This document shows, piece after piece, positions 42,473 to 54,043 of a stretch of 64,000 nt of DNA (its first letter is position 1; each line of letters begins with the position of its first letter). Location: NCBI GenBank assembly GCA_012033195.1, contig JAAUSQ010000001.1, positions 5,565-69,564 of the forward strand, written 5' to 3'. A program made the translations under genes and the position numbers. The notes under the pieces are model-generated. The model made no database searches. It was not told where the DNA came from and saw nothing but the letters and a program-made list of their open reading frames with translations. The stretch comes from Chloroflexaceae bacterium (GTDB lineage Bacteria > Chloroflexota > Chloroflexia > Chloroflexales > Chloroflexaceae).

Positions 42473-43359
42473 TGTATCTGGCGCTTGACATTGGTGGGAG
42501 CCATGTTACAGCCGGTATCGTTGATAGCACACGGCGCACGCTGCTACCAGACAGCCTTGCACGACGTGTTATCAACCCGGACGCACCCGCCGATAGGTTG
42601 CTGGCGGCGTGGGCGAGCGCGGCGCTCGCTGCCTATTGGCAGGCGGGTGGCGTGGCGGTAGCGGGTGTGGGGGTGGCGATGCCGGGGCCGTTTGAGTATA
42701 CAAGCGGCATTTCCCGCCTGACGCACAAGTTCGCGGCGCTGTACGGGCAGGATGTTGGAGCCGGCTTGCGGCAGCAGTGGGCCACCACGCCCCTGCACAT
42801 CGCCGCGTTGTCTATCCGTTCTGGCAACGACGGAGCACTGTTCACGCTTGGTGAATGGTGGGCAGGCGCGGCGCAGGGGCACGACCGCGTGATCGGGGTG
42901 ACGCTTGGCACTGGCTTGGGCAGTGGCTTTGTGGCAGGCGGCGTACCGCTCTACAGTGGGGCACACGTGCCACAGGATGGGCAACTCTGGCATACCCCCT
43001 ACACGGGCGGCATTGCGGAGGATGCTGTATCAACCCGCGCCCTGAGCAGCGCCTATGCCGAGCGTACCGGTCAGCAGCGCACCCCTGTTGAGTTGGCATT
43101 GCTGGCGCAGACGGGCGATGCGGACGCGCTGGCGGTGTATGCCGATTTTGGCACCCATCTAGCACGCATCCTGGCACCCTGGCTGCGGTCATTCCAGCCG
43201 ACGGCGCTGGTGTTTGGTGGCAACATTGCCCGCTCATGGCCCCTCTTCGAGCCGACCCTCAGCGCCGCGCTGCCCGCTGAAACATCAATCAAGCTGGCAG
43301 TCACAACCCGGTTTGAAACTGCCAACCTGCTTGGCGCGGCGGCGCTTGCGGCTAGCTAG
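42472..43359 (+). CDS. ROK family sugar kinase
   Basis: ATG 42472 overlaps the upstream stop codon (TGATG). MYLALDIGGSHVTAGIV ATP-binding start. No N-terminal HTH, so a kinase rather than a repressor. Confidence 0.75.
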   Translation: MYLALDIGGSHVTAGIVDSTRRTLLPDSLARRVINPDAPADRLLAAWASAALAAYWQAGGVAVAGVGVAMPGPFEYTSGISRLTHKFAALYGQDVGAGLRQQWATTPLHIAALSIRSGNDGALFTLGEWWAGAAQGHDRVIGVTLGTGLGSGFVAGGVPLYSGAHVPQDGQLWHTPYTGGIAEDAVSTRALSSAYAERTGQQRTPVELALLAQTGDADALAVYADFGTHLARILAPWLRSFQPTALVFGGNIARSWPLFEPTLSAALPAETSIKLAVTTRFETANLLGAAALAAS

Positions 43360-43380
43360 CATGCAGGCAAGGGGCAAGGG

Positions 43381-43394
43381 GAAGCGCAAAGCGC
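43381..43394. repeat. GAAGCGCAAAGCGC element copy
   Basis: Exact 14-mer preceded by GCAAGGGGCAAGGG, just after the ROK gene stop codon. Confidence 0.6.
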
Positions 43395-43499
43395 AAAACG
43401 AAAACACAGCCTCGGCGGGGCTTCGTGTGTGATGCCGGTCACGCATGGCCCCTCGCTCCTCGCCCACATTCTCAACCCAACTTTGCAACAACACTCCCC

Positions 43500-43528
43500 T
43501 TGACAACTGCCCTCCGACCGTATATCAT
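43500..43528 (+). promoter_or_regulatory. sigma70-type promoter of the metY-metX leader
   Basis: TTGACA (43500-43505), 17-nt spacer, TATCAT (43523-43528). Confidence 0.55.
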
Positions 43529-43563
43529 ACGCACAGCACAAACACAACTCAATACCGTGCGCA

Positions 43564-43676
<113 letters not shown>

Positions 43677-43792
43677 AGTGTGCCACCGTCGCGGTTTCCG
43701 GGCATATTGTAATATCCAGGAATCGCAGATTGAAAGGTAGCTGGCTCTCATCCGACAGGTGGGGGCTTTTTTGATGCCCTAATCTGAGATAA

Positions 43793-45112
<1,320 letters not shown>

Positions 45113-45293
45113 CACGGAGAGGAGCGCAATCTATGGCATTGTTTCGTGTTTGTCAGCAGCGCGGGGCCAGCACGCAACGGAGCGTGTACAGCCCCCATTC
45201 TGCGACGCCGGTTCGTTTTGCACCGGCTGCCCTTGCCTCTCACGTATCCCGGCAGCGTCCGATGCTGTGCCTGCCGGGGAGGGGGTTGGATTG

Positions 45294-46400
45294 GTGCAGA
45301 CACAGTATGCTACCTGGGACGAGCCGCTGCTGCTGGAAAGTGGCGCAGTGCTGGCTCCGGTCACGCTCGCATACGAAACTTATGGTACGCTCAATGCGGC
45401 ACGCGACAATGCCATTCTGCTCTTGCATGCGCTCTCTGGCGATGCCCACGCCGCTGGCACCCACCACCCTACCGAACGCAAGCGTGGCTGGTGGGATGCG
45501 ATGGTGGGGCCAGGGCGTCCGTTTGATACCAACTGCTACTTTATTATTTGCTCCAATGTGATTGGTGGGTGTCAGGGCAGCACTGGCCCCGGCAGCCTCA
45601 ACCCGCAGACCGGACGGCCCTATGGGACACGGTTTCCGGTTATTACGATTGGGGATATGGTGAGCGCCCAAGCCCACCTGATTGAGCGGCTGGGCATTAC
45701 AACCCTGTATGCGGTGGCGGGTGGCTCGATGGGTGGCTTTCAGGCGCTGGAATGGGCCACCGCCTACCCAGAGCGGGTACGCAATGTGGTCTTGCTGGCA
45801 ACCGCTGCCCGCTCGTCAACCCAGACAATTGCCTGGAATAGCATCGGGCGCAGGGCGATTATGAGCGACCCACACTGGCGCGGCGGCGATTACTACGGGC
45901 ACGCGCCGCCGATAGATGGCCTGTCGGTGGCGCGGATGATCGGGCACATTACCTACCTGAGCGAGCCAGCCCTTGAGCAGAAGTTTGCGCGACGGCTCCA
46001 GGATACGCCACAGGTGCAGTTTACGCTCGAACGCGAGTTTGCAATTGAGAGCTACCTCGATTATCAGGGCCAGAACTTCAACGAGCGTTTTGATGCAAAC
46101 TCGTATCTGTATATTACAAAGGCCATGGACTACTGGGATTTGCCGGGGCGCTATGGTTCGCTTGAGGCAGCCCTGCGCCGCAGCACGGCCCGCTTTTTAA
46201 TCCTGTCGTTCGATAGCGACTGGCTGTATCCGCCTTCCGAGTCGGCAACAATTGCGGCGGCACTACGACATACGGGGGCAGAAGTATTCTATACGAATTT
46301 GTCATCGTCAGCAGGCCACGATGCTTTTCTAGTAGATACGGCTTTGCAATCACCAATGCTTGTAGATTTCCTTGCCGCTGGAAATGGGGAATGTAAATAA
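45294..46400 (+). CDS. metX: homoserine O-acetyltransferase MetX
   Basis: ORF 45030..46400. The N-terminal 88 codons overlap metY or are low-complexity. Probable GTG 45294 (or TTG 45291) after GGGGAGGGGG. ...[31 protein letters not shown]... and the GGSMGG nucleophile elbow. The start is uncertain. Confidence 0.8.
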   Translation: MQTQYATWDEPLLLESGAVLAPVTLAYETYGTLNAARDNAILLLHALSGDAHAAGTHHPTERKRGWWDAMVGPGRPFDTNCYFIICSNVIGGCQGSTGPGSLNPQTGRPYGTRFPVITIGDMVSAQAHLIERLGITTLYAVAGGSMGGFQALEWATAYPERVRNVVLLATAARSSTQTIAWNSIGRRAIMSDPHWRGGDYYGHAPPIDGLSVARMIGHITYLSEPALEQKFARRLQDTPQVQFTLEREFAIESYLDYQGQNFNERFDANSYLYITKAMDYWDLPGRYGSLEAALRRSTARFLILSFDSDWLYPPSESATIAAALRHTGAEVFYTNLSSSAGHDAFLVDTALQSPMLVDFLAAGNGECK

Positions 46401-46511
46401 GAACAGGCACTTTAGCGCTTGTTGATGGCAAAAGGGTCTTGACAAGTACAGTATACTGCTCTCTAAAGGCATGTTTACCAATTTCATACCATTTCTGGAG
46501 GTTAAAAAACC

Positions 46512-46808
46512 GTGACTACTGAAAAAGTTGCATCGATGCAGAAGACCGATTTCATCAAGGCCGTGTCGATCAAGACAGGTATGTCGCAGAAGGATACCAA
46601 GGTAATCATTGATGCCGCGCTCGATATGATTGCCGACTCGTTGGCAAGCGGCAAGCGCGTCACCCTGACCGGCTTTGGCACGTTCGAAGTACGTGAGCGT
46701 CGCGAGCGCGAGGGGGTCAATCCGCAGACTGGATCGAAGATTACGATTGCTGCAACCCGCACCCCTGGCTTTACGGCGAGCAGCACGCTCAAAGAACGGG
46801 TGCGCTAG
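46512..46808 (+). CDS. hup: HU/IHF-family nucleoid-associated DNA-binding protein
   Basis: ...DFIKAVSIKTGMSQKDTKVIIDAALDMIADSLASGKRVTLTGFGTFEVRERREREGVNPQTGSKITI.... The start is either GTG 46512 (GGAGG 10 nt upstream) or ATG 46536. Confidence 0.85.
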   Translation: MTTEKVASMQKTDFIKAVSIKTGMSQKDTKVIIDAALDMIADSLASGKRVTLTGFGTFEVRERREREGVNPQTGSKITIAATRTPGFTASSTLKERVR

Positions 46809-46839
46809 GACGTTTCGAGCGGGCCATCATCGATAGAGC

Positions 46840-46882
46840 ACGCAGGGCACCGCGTGTGTTCCTGCGTTCTTTATTGTTGTTT
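46840..46882 (+). terminator. rho-independent terminator after the HU gene
   Basis: Stem ACGCAGG / CCTGCGT (7 bp, 14-nt loop) followed by the T-rich tract TCTTTATTGTTGTTT. Confidence 0.5.
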
Positions 46883-46978
46883 GTAATGATCGGGGTAGCT
46901 GGGAAACGCGGCGACACGCCACAGCTCCGCCCGCATTGTCCCGGAATGGATGCAAAAGGAACCGTTCATACGTCCTTG

Positions 46979-48622
46979 TTATGGCACATCCACCGCAACG
47001 GCCCGCGCGATCCAGTCGGTGTAGAACTGCTGCAAATCGCAGCTACAGGTTTCTTCGGCTACTCGCAGCACATCGGCTCCGGTCGCCTCCTCGTAACGAT
47101 AGGTGGCGTAGTAGGTCTGCAAAAATGCGAAGAAGCGTTCGTCGCCGAGCCGTTGCCGTAACGCCTGATAAAAAAGTGCCCCTTTTGCATACACCATCGC
47201 AACATAGTTGCCATTAAACGAACCTGCCGGCCCGCTCACAATGCCATCGCGCCCGGTGTTGCGTGCGCCGATATACTGCTGCCGGAAAAAGTCCACCTCG
47301 GCGGTTGCCGCCTGCGGGTTGCCTATTCCTTCGTAATAGACCACCTGAAGATAGCTTGCCAGCGACTCATCAAGCCACGGTTCGCCCTGGGGGTCGCTGC
47401 CCACCTGACTATACCACCACTGATGCGCGACCTCGTGCACGACGGTTGTTTCGAAGACACGCCCGCCGCGTGGGTAGAGCCGCTGCTCAATCAGCACCAC
47501 ACCGGGAAACTCCATACCCAGAAATTTGGTAAGCGCCGCCTGGATCACGTCCAGTTCGGCCAGGGGGTAGCGCCCGAAGCGTGCGTTAAAGATCCGCACC
47601 GAGTCGGCGGCGATTTGCAGACTCGCCTGTCCTGCTGCCGGGTTGCCGCGCTGATAGTACGAAACAACCCGTGTGCCATCAACCACCGTGCTGGCCTGAT
47701 CGAGGTCGCGCAGGGCGGCTATGAAGAATTCGCGCTGTGGCCCGCTAACATAATACTCACGGCGTGGCCCGTGGTCGAGCGGGGTCTGGTCGGTGCGTAC
47801 CCCGGTAGCAACAACCGTCCATTCGGGGGGGGTGTCAATAGTCACGGCATACAGCGCCGTTTCGGTGGCAGGCAAGTCGCCTTGGTCTTCGAGGGGCCGG
47901 GTATCCCAGCTACCATTGAAGCGCCGCGCCAGGGTCGGATAAAAGTTCGCCAGTGCCCATACGCCCGCCTCCTGATTAAATGCGCCGAACGTTGAGCCGC
48001 TTGCGTTGCGGGGGGTGCGTGTCTCAAAGCGAATGCTGACAATGGCTTCGGCGGCGGGGGGCAGTGGTTCGGTCAGGTCAACCCGTAGCAACATAGTGTC
48101 TTGCTCGGTAGCGAAGGTGGCAGGCTGATCGTTCACCAGCACCTCGGACACACTAAGGCTGCCGCCATAAATTGGCTCGTTGGGGTAGAGCTTGAAATAC
48201 AGTTCGGTGTAGGGGACCTCCTCGCGGTTGCGGAGTGCAAGGTCAAGCTCGCCGTAGAGTGTCAGCGCCGCCGGGTCGAGCACCACATACAGGGCATACT
48301 GATCCCATGCCTCGGCCTGTGCGAGATCGCTAGCATATTCTGGTACCAGAGCCGCCGCCTGTGCTGCCACGTCGATCAGGGTCGGGGTTGGGGTGGCGGT
48401 AGGAGGCAGGGTACTGGTAGGTGGTGGCATGGTGGGCGGCGGTGCGGTTGGGGTGGGTTCCGGCTGGAATGCTGGTGCTGGCGAGGGGGTGTCCATAGCT
48501 ATATCGGCGGCGCGGCCCGGTTGCTCTGCGACGGGCACCGGGGGTGCGGTGGGCTGTGCAACGGGTGCAGCACAGGCGGCGAGCAGCAGGACGAACAGTA
48601 GATATCGCGTAGCTCTATGCAT
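46979..48622 (-). CDS. M1-family zinc metallopeptidase (aminopeptidase N-like) lipoprotein
   Basis: 547-aa ORF. HEVAHQWWY...WLDESLASY (HExxH-18-E). N-terminal lipoprotein-type signal LLFVLLLAAC followed by a Pro/Thr-rich linker. Confidence 0.85.
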   Translation of the reverse strand: MHRATRYLLFVLLLAACAAPVAQPTAPPVPVAEQPGRAADIAMDTPSPAPAFQPEPTPTAPPPTMPPPTSTLPPTATPTPTLIDVAAQAAALVPEYASDLAQAEAWDQYALYVVLDPAALTLYGELDLALRNREEVPYTELYFKLYPNEPIYGGSLSVSEVLVNDQPATFATEQDTMLLRVDLTEPLPPAAEAIVSIRFETRTPRNASGSTFGAFNQEAGVWALANFYPTLARRFNGSWDTRPLEDQGDLPATETALYAVTIDTPPEWTVVATGVRTDQTPLDHGPRREYYVSGPQREFFIAALRDLDQASTVVDGTRVVSYYQRGNPAAGQASLQIAADSVRIFNARFGRYPLAELDVIQAALTKFLGMEFPGVVLIEQRLYPRGGRVFETTVVHEVAHQWWYSQVGSDPQGEPWLDESLASYLQVVYYEGIGNPQAATAEVDFFRQQYIGARNTGRDGIVSGPAGSFNGNYVAMVYAKGALFYQALRQRLGDERFFAFLQTYYATYRYEEATGADVLRVAEETCSCDLQQFYTDWIARAVAVDVP

Positions 48623-48723
48623 AGGTTGGAAACTCCCGATGTAGAAAGTCGTTGGTTGTTACCGTAGTGGTGCCCGACGCTTTGGCATCGGGCTTATATA
48701 CAAAGCCCCGCCGGAGCTAACAC

Positions 48724-48741
48724 AGCCCGTGCAGGCGGGCT
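48724..48741. repeat. AGCCCG-TGCAGG-CGGGCT hairpin copy
   Basis: 6-bp stem with a 6-nt loop, downstream of the 2-hydroxyacid dehydrogenase stop. ACAGCCCGTGCAGGCGGGCTTCGT is near-identical to ACAGCCCATGCAGGCGGGCTTTGC at 40493. Confidence 0.6.
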
Positions 48742-48766
48742 TCGTACCGTGTAAAATCCTATTTAA

Positions 48767-49748
48767 TTACCCCCATACCTCACCATTCACCGGCGTGGGC
48801 ACAGGCTGCCCGGTCAGCGCGGCGACCAGGTTTTCGGCGGCAAGCGTCGCCATGCGTAGCCGGGTATTGACCGATGCGCTGCCGATGTGCGGCACGGCGA
48901 CGACATTGGGCAGCGTGAGCAGCGGGTGGGCGGCCCCAATTGGCTCCTGCTCAAACACATCAAGCCCCGCCGCCCACGGTCGCCCCTGCTGAAGGGCGGT
49001 GTACAGGTCGGCCTCATTGACGACCGGGCCGCGTGATACATTCACAAACACGGCAGTTGGCTTCATCAGTGCAAACTCACGCGCCGCGAACATGCCCCGC
49101 GTCTCGTCGGTGAGCGGTACGGTAACCACCACAAAATCGGCCTGCTGAAGCAGGTCATCAAGGGGAGCGGTACTGTGCGCCCGTCTGCGCTTCAAGCTCT
49201 GGCGATGCAGTGCGATTATGATAGAGGATCGGCATATCAAAGCCCTGCGCCCGCCGTGCGATGGTTGCGCCGATGCGCCCCGCCCCGATAATACCAAGCG
49301 TTGCGCCGCTGATATCCTGCCCCACCATAAACATGGGGTACCAGCTTTTCCACTCGCCCGCCTCGATCAGCTTCTGCCCCTCCACAATGCGCCGCGCCGC
49401 CGCCATCAGCAGCGCCCAGGCAAGGTCGGCGGTGGTGTCGGTCAGCACGCCAGGGGTATTGGTGAGCAACACCTTGCGCACCGTGAGGGTCGGCACATCC
49501 ACATTGTCATATCCAGCCGCCATATTTGCCACCACCCGGCAACGTGGCGCGGTATCCAGAAATTCGCCATCAACCCGGTCACTCAGCATGGTGAGCACAC
49601 CATCAACGCTGGCTATCTCGCGCAGCAGCACATCACGCGGCACCGCAGGCGACTCGTGATCCCACAGCGTGTACGCGCAGGCGGCAGCAACAATATCAAG
49701 CGCCTGTTGGGGCAAGCGGCGGGTGATGTATACAACCGGACGGCTCAT
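48767..49748 (-). pseudogene. D-2-hydroxyacid dehydrogenase (glyoxylate/hydroxypyruvate reductase-like) interrupted by one single-base frameshift (likely assembly error)
   Basis: ORFs 49158..49748 (catalytic and NAD domains, GIIGAGRIG) and 48767..49297 (...DFVVVTVPLTDETRGMF..., VPHIGSAS). The frames join near the C/G run about 49160-49190 (...GAQYRS|LDDLLQQADFVVV...). The span is 982 nt, one base more than a multiple of three. Confidence 0.8.
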
Positions 49749-50473
49749 GCGGCTTCCTCCTCGTTCAGCACAATAATATGCAGTTCGCCCGGCCCGTGGA
49801 CGCCCGTCGTCAGCGTCATTTCAATATCACCCGTGCGACTCGGCCCGGTGATCAGCGTCAGGTTGGCGTGCTCGGCAAAGATATCGCTGCCGTACTGGTG
49901 CCGCAGCGCATCGAAGGCCGCACCCAACCCGCGTACAAGCCGGGATGCTGGCAGCACTGCAATATGCAGCGGCGCAAAGAGCGTGGTGAGCCGCCCGCGC
50001 CCCGGCCCGGTCATCACGGCGAGCGTGCCACTCTCGGCAATGCCCAGATCGGCCCCGCTGATACCAACGCTAGCATGCTCGATGGCGTGCAGATGAGCAA
50101 CCCGCTGCGCCTGGGTTTCGCCGCATACCGTCACGGTGGTATCAAGCCGGGTGATCTGCATCTGGTTGAGCAGCGCTTCCAGACCGGGCAGGTCAATCTG
50201 TGCAAAGTCCCACGTCAGCGCCGAGTTTGCGCCGTGTTCGCTCAAGATCTTCTGAATGGCATCGAGCGCTGCTTCGGCATCGGCGCAGATGTACGGGAAC
50301 GCGCCCGCCCGTTGTGCCTCCTCCACAAACTGAGCCTGGAGATCGTCGGCGGGCGGGTGGACATGTGGCGGCGGCGTGTGCGGCGCTTTCTGCATCTCCG
50401 CTTCCAGAAAGGCCCGGTTGGTGTTGATGCCAGCGCGGATGGCGGCAAGCATGCGTTCACGAGGTGTGGTCAT
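49745..50473 (-). CDS. lutC: lactate utilization protein C (LUD/YkgG family)
   Basis: 242-aa ORF directly after lutB with a 4-nt overlap. Size and position fit LutC. Confidence 0.7.
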   Translation of the reverse strand: MTTPRERMLAAIRAGINTNRAFLEAEMQKAPHTPPPHVHPPADDLQAQFVEEAQRAGAFPYICADAEAALDAIQKILSEHGANSALTWDFAQIDLPGLEALLNQMQITRLDTTVTVCGETQAQRVAHLHAIEHASVGISGADLGIAESGTLAVMTGPGRGRLTTLFAPLHIAVLPASRLVRGLGAAFDALRHQYGSDIFAEHANLTLITGPSRTGDIEMTLTTGVHGPGELHIIVLNEEEAA

Positions 50474-51897
50474 TGCGGTTCCTCATCTGTTCCATGCTGC
50501 GCGGCCCACCGTTCGCTGAACGACTGCTTTGCAAAGGTCGGGAAGTCGCGGTGCTGTGTCCAGCCTGCCAGCGGCGGCGGCAACTGCTTCAGGACGCCTT
50601 CGCGCCCGCCCACTAGCCGGGTGATGATCGAGGCCATCGTGCCACCCGCCCGGTACAGCGCCGGATTGTTCATTGTGGCTTGCCAGGCCGTCATTGCCGC
50701 CTGTTCGCCAGGGGCAACTTTGCCCGCCTGCACTGCATCGCCACGCAGCCGCAGCAACATATCGGGCAGTGCAATGCGTACCGGACAGGCTTCCTGGCAC
50801 GCACCGCAGAGCGTGCTGGCATACGGAAGCTGATGCACATCGGGCACATCGGGCTGGAGCAGCGGCGAAATAACCGAACCAATAGGGCCAGAGTACACGC
50901 CACCATAGGCATGCCCGCCAATGCTCTGGTAGACCGGACAGGCGTTCAGGCACGCGCCGCAGCGAATACACATCAGTGCCTCGGCATATGCGCTGCCCAG
51001 AATACGCGAGCGCCCGTTATCGAGCAGAATCAGGTGGAACTCTTCGGGGCCATCTGGTTCGCCGGGGCGGGTCGGCCCACTGAGGAAGGTGGTGTATACC
51101 GAGAGCTTCTGTCCGGTGGCAGAACGGGCCAATACCTGCAACATCACCGCCAGATCGTCCAGCGACTCAACCACCCGCTCAATGCCCATGATGGCAACGT
51201 GAATACGCGGTACACTGGTGGTCAGGTCGGCGTTGCCCTCATTGGTGACCAGCACCATACCGCCACTCTCGGCAATGCCAAAGTTCACCCCGCTGATACC
51301 CATATCGGCCTGTACAAAGCGCTGCCGCAGCACGCGCCGTGCCGTTCGGGTCATGGTGGGGATGTCCTCGGTTGGCTCCATTCCCAGCTTTTCCTGGAAC
51401 AATTGCCCGATCTCCTGGCGTGTCATGTGGATGGCAGGCGCGATGATATGCGAAGGCGTTTCGCCCGAAAGCTGAATAATGTACTCGCCGAGGTCGGTTT
51501 CAATCACTTCGAGGCTGTGCGCTTCAAGCTGTGCGTTCAGGTGGATCTCTTCCGAAGCCATCGACTTCGACTTGACAATGCTTTTAACGGCCTGGCGCTG
51601 GGCAAGCTCGGCAATATACTGTCCAGCGGCTTTGCCATCCGTGGCCCAGCAGACGTGCCCGCCGCGTGCCTCCACGGTATCCGCCAGCCGGGTGAGCAGT
51701 TCGTCCAATCGGGCCAGCGACTTCGCCCGAATTGCGCGGGCCTGATCGCGCAGGGCCGCCTCGTCAATCAGCTTGTTGAGGGCTTGCGCCCGCAGCGCCA
51801 CAAAACGCGGCATGTTGCGTTCCAGTGCGTGCTGCAATGTCGAGTTCTGCAAGGCATCCTCGACCCGGTCGTAAAACGGTAGCATTTGTGTTGCCAT
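50470..51897 (-). CDS. lutB: lactate utilization iron-sulfur protein LutB
   Basis: 475-aa ORF with two 4Fe-4S ferredoxin motifs (CIRCGACLNACPVY and CGACQEACPV) and a DUF162/LUD domain. Confidence 0.85.
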   Translation of the reverse strand: MATQMLPFYDRVEDALQNSTLQHALERNMPRFVALRAQALNKLIDEAALRDQARAIRAKSLARLDELLTRLADTVEARGGHVCWATDGKAAGQYIAELAQRQAVKSIVKSKSMASEEIHLNAQLEAHSLEVIETDLGEYIIQLSGETPSHIIAPAIHMTRQEIGQLFQEKLGMEPTEDIPTMTRTARRVLRQRFVQADMGISGVNFGIAESGGMVLVTNEGNADLTTSVPRIHVAIMGIERVVESLDDLAVMLQVLARSATGQKLSVYTTFLSGPTRPGEPDGPEEFHLILLDNGRSRILGSAYAEALMCIRCGACLNACPVYQSIGGHAYGGVYSGPIGSVISPLLQPDVPDVHQLPYASTLCGACQEACPVRIALPDMLLRLRGDAVQAGKVAPGEQAAMTAWQATMNNPALYRAGGTMASIITRLVGGREGVLKQLPPPLAGWTQHRDFPTFAKQSFSERWAAQHGTDEEPQ

Positions 51898-51986
51898 TGG
51901 TGGTATCTCCCTGCGAGTGTCACAAAAACGTATCCCTCACCCCGGCCCTGCGGCCACGGTGCAGAGCGTGCCCCCTGGCCGCTTGT

Positions 51987-52721
51987 TTATCTGCCCACCA
52001 GCACCTCGGCGATGTGGCGTACCTGCACGGGTGCGGCGTTGCGCTTTAGCCCGCCTGCTATCTGCGTCATACAACTGGCATCGCCTGTGATGAGCAGGTC
52101 GGCGCTGGTACTAGTGATGTTTGCCAGTTTGCGCTGCAACATTGCGCCCGAAATAGCAGCCTGCTTGACCGCAAACAGCCCACCGAAGCCGCAGCATTCG
52201 GTGCAGGCGGGCAGCGGCACCAGTTCCAGCCCACGCACATGGGCCAGCAGCGTGCGCGCCTGCCGGCTGAGGTCCAGGTAACGCAAGCCGTGGCAAGCGT
52301 CGTGGTAGGTGGCGCGGGCCGCGTAGTGTGCGCCGACATCCTGCACGCCCAGCACATCTACCAGATATTCGGTCAGTTCGTAAGTGCGCCCGATCAACGC
52401 TTCGGCGGCCTGCTGATGGGGCGTGCCATGGAAGAGTTCGTGGTAAAGATGGCGGATCATCGCAGTACACGAGCCAGACGGCAGTACTATATCGCCCTGC
52501 CCGCGTAGCACCTCTATCGTGCGCCCCGCCACAGCATACGCTTCGTCACGAAAGCCGGCATTCAGCGCCATCTGACCGCAGCAGGTCAGGCCGCGTGGTA
52601 CCCGCACCGCCACGCCCTGCGCCTGCAAAAGCACGGCGGTGGCCTCGCCAATTTCGGGGTACATCTGGTCTACGATACAGGTAACAAATAACGTCGCCCG
52701 TCGCGTCGGTTGCATCATCAC
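51987..52721 (-). CDS. lutA: (Fe-S)-binding oxidoreductase LutA (CCG-domain protein)
   Basis: 244-aa ORF. ...ATLFVTCIVDQMYPEIG... and CCGFGG cysteine-rich (CCG) motifs. Confidence 0.85.
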   Translation of the reverse strand: MMMQPTRRATLFVTCIVDQMYPEIGEATAVLLQAQGVAVRVPRGLTCCGQMALNAGFRDEAYAVAGRTIEVLRGQGDIVLPSGSCTAMIRHLYHELFHGTPHQQAAEALIGRTYELTEYLVDVLGVQDVGAHYAARATYHDACHGLRYLDLSRQARTLLAHVRGLELVPLPACTECCGFGGLFAVKQAAISGAMLQRKLANITSTSADLLITGDASCMTQIAGGLKRNAAPVQVRHIAEVLVGR

Positions 52722-52789
52722 GGGGAATATCCTTTGCTCGTATCATCTGTCGGGAAGCCGATTCTTCTAGCAGTGTAGCATAAGTCGGG

Positions 52790-54043
52790 CTATGATAGCA
52801 CATATTCGGGGTGGGCCGTCAATGCAGCGTGTTCGGCGGCGCAGATCGCCTGCTCTATCGCATCCACCTCGTGCGGGCGCGTGCTCCCGCCCGGCTCAAT
52901 AATCAGCACAAACTCCACATTGAGCGGCTTCTCCGAGAAGCGCTGGCTGCTCACGCGGTAGCGCTTGTAGGCGTTCTGCACGCACGACAGCCGCCCGCGT
53001 GCTGCCGCCGCTTCGAGCAGCGTTCGCAGGTCGATATTACCATCGGTGCTGTAGCTAGTCAGAATATAGTCGGCCTCAATCGTTTCGAGCAGGGTGGCAT
53101 AGGCGGCGGCGGCGGTGGCGTAGTTGTAAGCCGAACGGCGGGCAGTGCGCCAGTCGGTGCGGATAGCAGACTTGCCGCCACCTGCGCTGCGTGGGGGCAA
53201 CGGTGGCTTGTCCCACAGCGCCACCGTGTTCAGTACATGGTAGTTGCTGCCATACGGATGCTGATTGTAGGGCGGGTCGAGGTAGGCGATGGCGACGTGC
53301 TGCCCACGGTCGCGCAACTGCTCCGCGAGGGTCTGGGCATCAAGTTGATAGGCGCGGTTGGCTTGCTGGTTGTCGTAAAAGACGGGTGGGCGCAGTTCGA
53401 AGCGGCTGAGGATGCGATACAGGGCTGTGCTGGTCTGCCCGCCCCACCCGCGATGAAAGCCCTTGAACACACCGCTGGTATTGCTGACATAACTGACCGC
53501 ATACATCATACTGCCCAGCAGCACGGCCCGCTCATCGGCAGCCAGCAACCCGGCAGCATCCCAGGCGGCGATCTGCTCGCGCAGCGCATCAATCCGCATA
53601 CCATTGGCACGGGTAAAAAAGAGCCGCTCGGTGTCGGGGTCGGGGTGGGCATCGTCGGCGGGGCACAGGTTAGCGGTAATATAGCCGGCCTGCGGTGCGA
53701 TGCTGTTGAGCAGTCGGAAGACCATCCCCGCCCCACCAAACGCGGCGAAGGCTGGCATGGTGTTGCAGGTAATGGCGCAATGGTTGATGATGGCGGCGTA
53801 TGGCTCCCAATCGTTGGCAAACACCCGGAAGCCGCGCAGCTTGGCGAGGCGGGCTACCACGCTGCTGCCCGCAAAGTAATCGACAAATAGCCCGCCGCGT
53901 GTGTCGGTGCGCTGGATCGCCGTGTCAATCAGCGGAAGCAGCTTGCGCTTGTTGCCAATATACGGAATAAGTTGGCTATACAGATAGTCGCGGGTGTGCG
54001 CTGCGGCGTGGCGACGGGCGGTGTAATCGAGTTCGGGTTCCAT
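52790..54043 (-). CDS. D12-class (alpha-type) N6-adenine DNA methyltransferase, no cognate endonuclease visible
   Basis: ORF 52790..54556 trimmed to ATG 54043, which overlaps the upstream stop as ATGA. The first 171 listed codons are an out-of-frame read of the FGE gene. IPYIGNKRKLL, motif I DYFAGSSVV, motif IV DPPY. Confidence 0.85.
   Translation of the reverse strand: MEPELDYTARRHAAAHTRDYLYSQLIPYIGNKRKLLPLIDTAIQRTDTRGGLFVDYFAGSSVVARLAKLRGFRVFANDWEPYAAIINHCAITCNTMPAFAAFGGAGMVFRLLNSIAPQAGYITANLCPADDAHPDPDTERLFFTRANGMRIDALREQIAAWDAAGLLAADERAVLLGSMMYAVSYVSNTSGVFKGFHRGWGGQTSTALYRILSRFELRPPVFYDNQQANRAYQLDAQTLAEQLRDRGQHVAIAYLDPPYNQHPYGSNYHVLNTVALWDKPPLPPRSAGGGKSAIRTDWRTARRSAYNYATAAAAYATLLETIEADYILTSYSTDGNIDLRTLLEAAAARGRLSCVQNAYKRYRVSSQRFSEKPLNVEFVLIIEPGGSTRPHEVDAIEQAICAAEHAALTAHPEYVLS

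Noticed and set aside
43741-43775. U-run GGGGGCUUUUUUG as the intrinsic terminator of the SAM riboswitch
   Set aside because: I could not find a convincing complementary 5' strand for a terminator stem immediately upstream. It is left uncalled.
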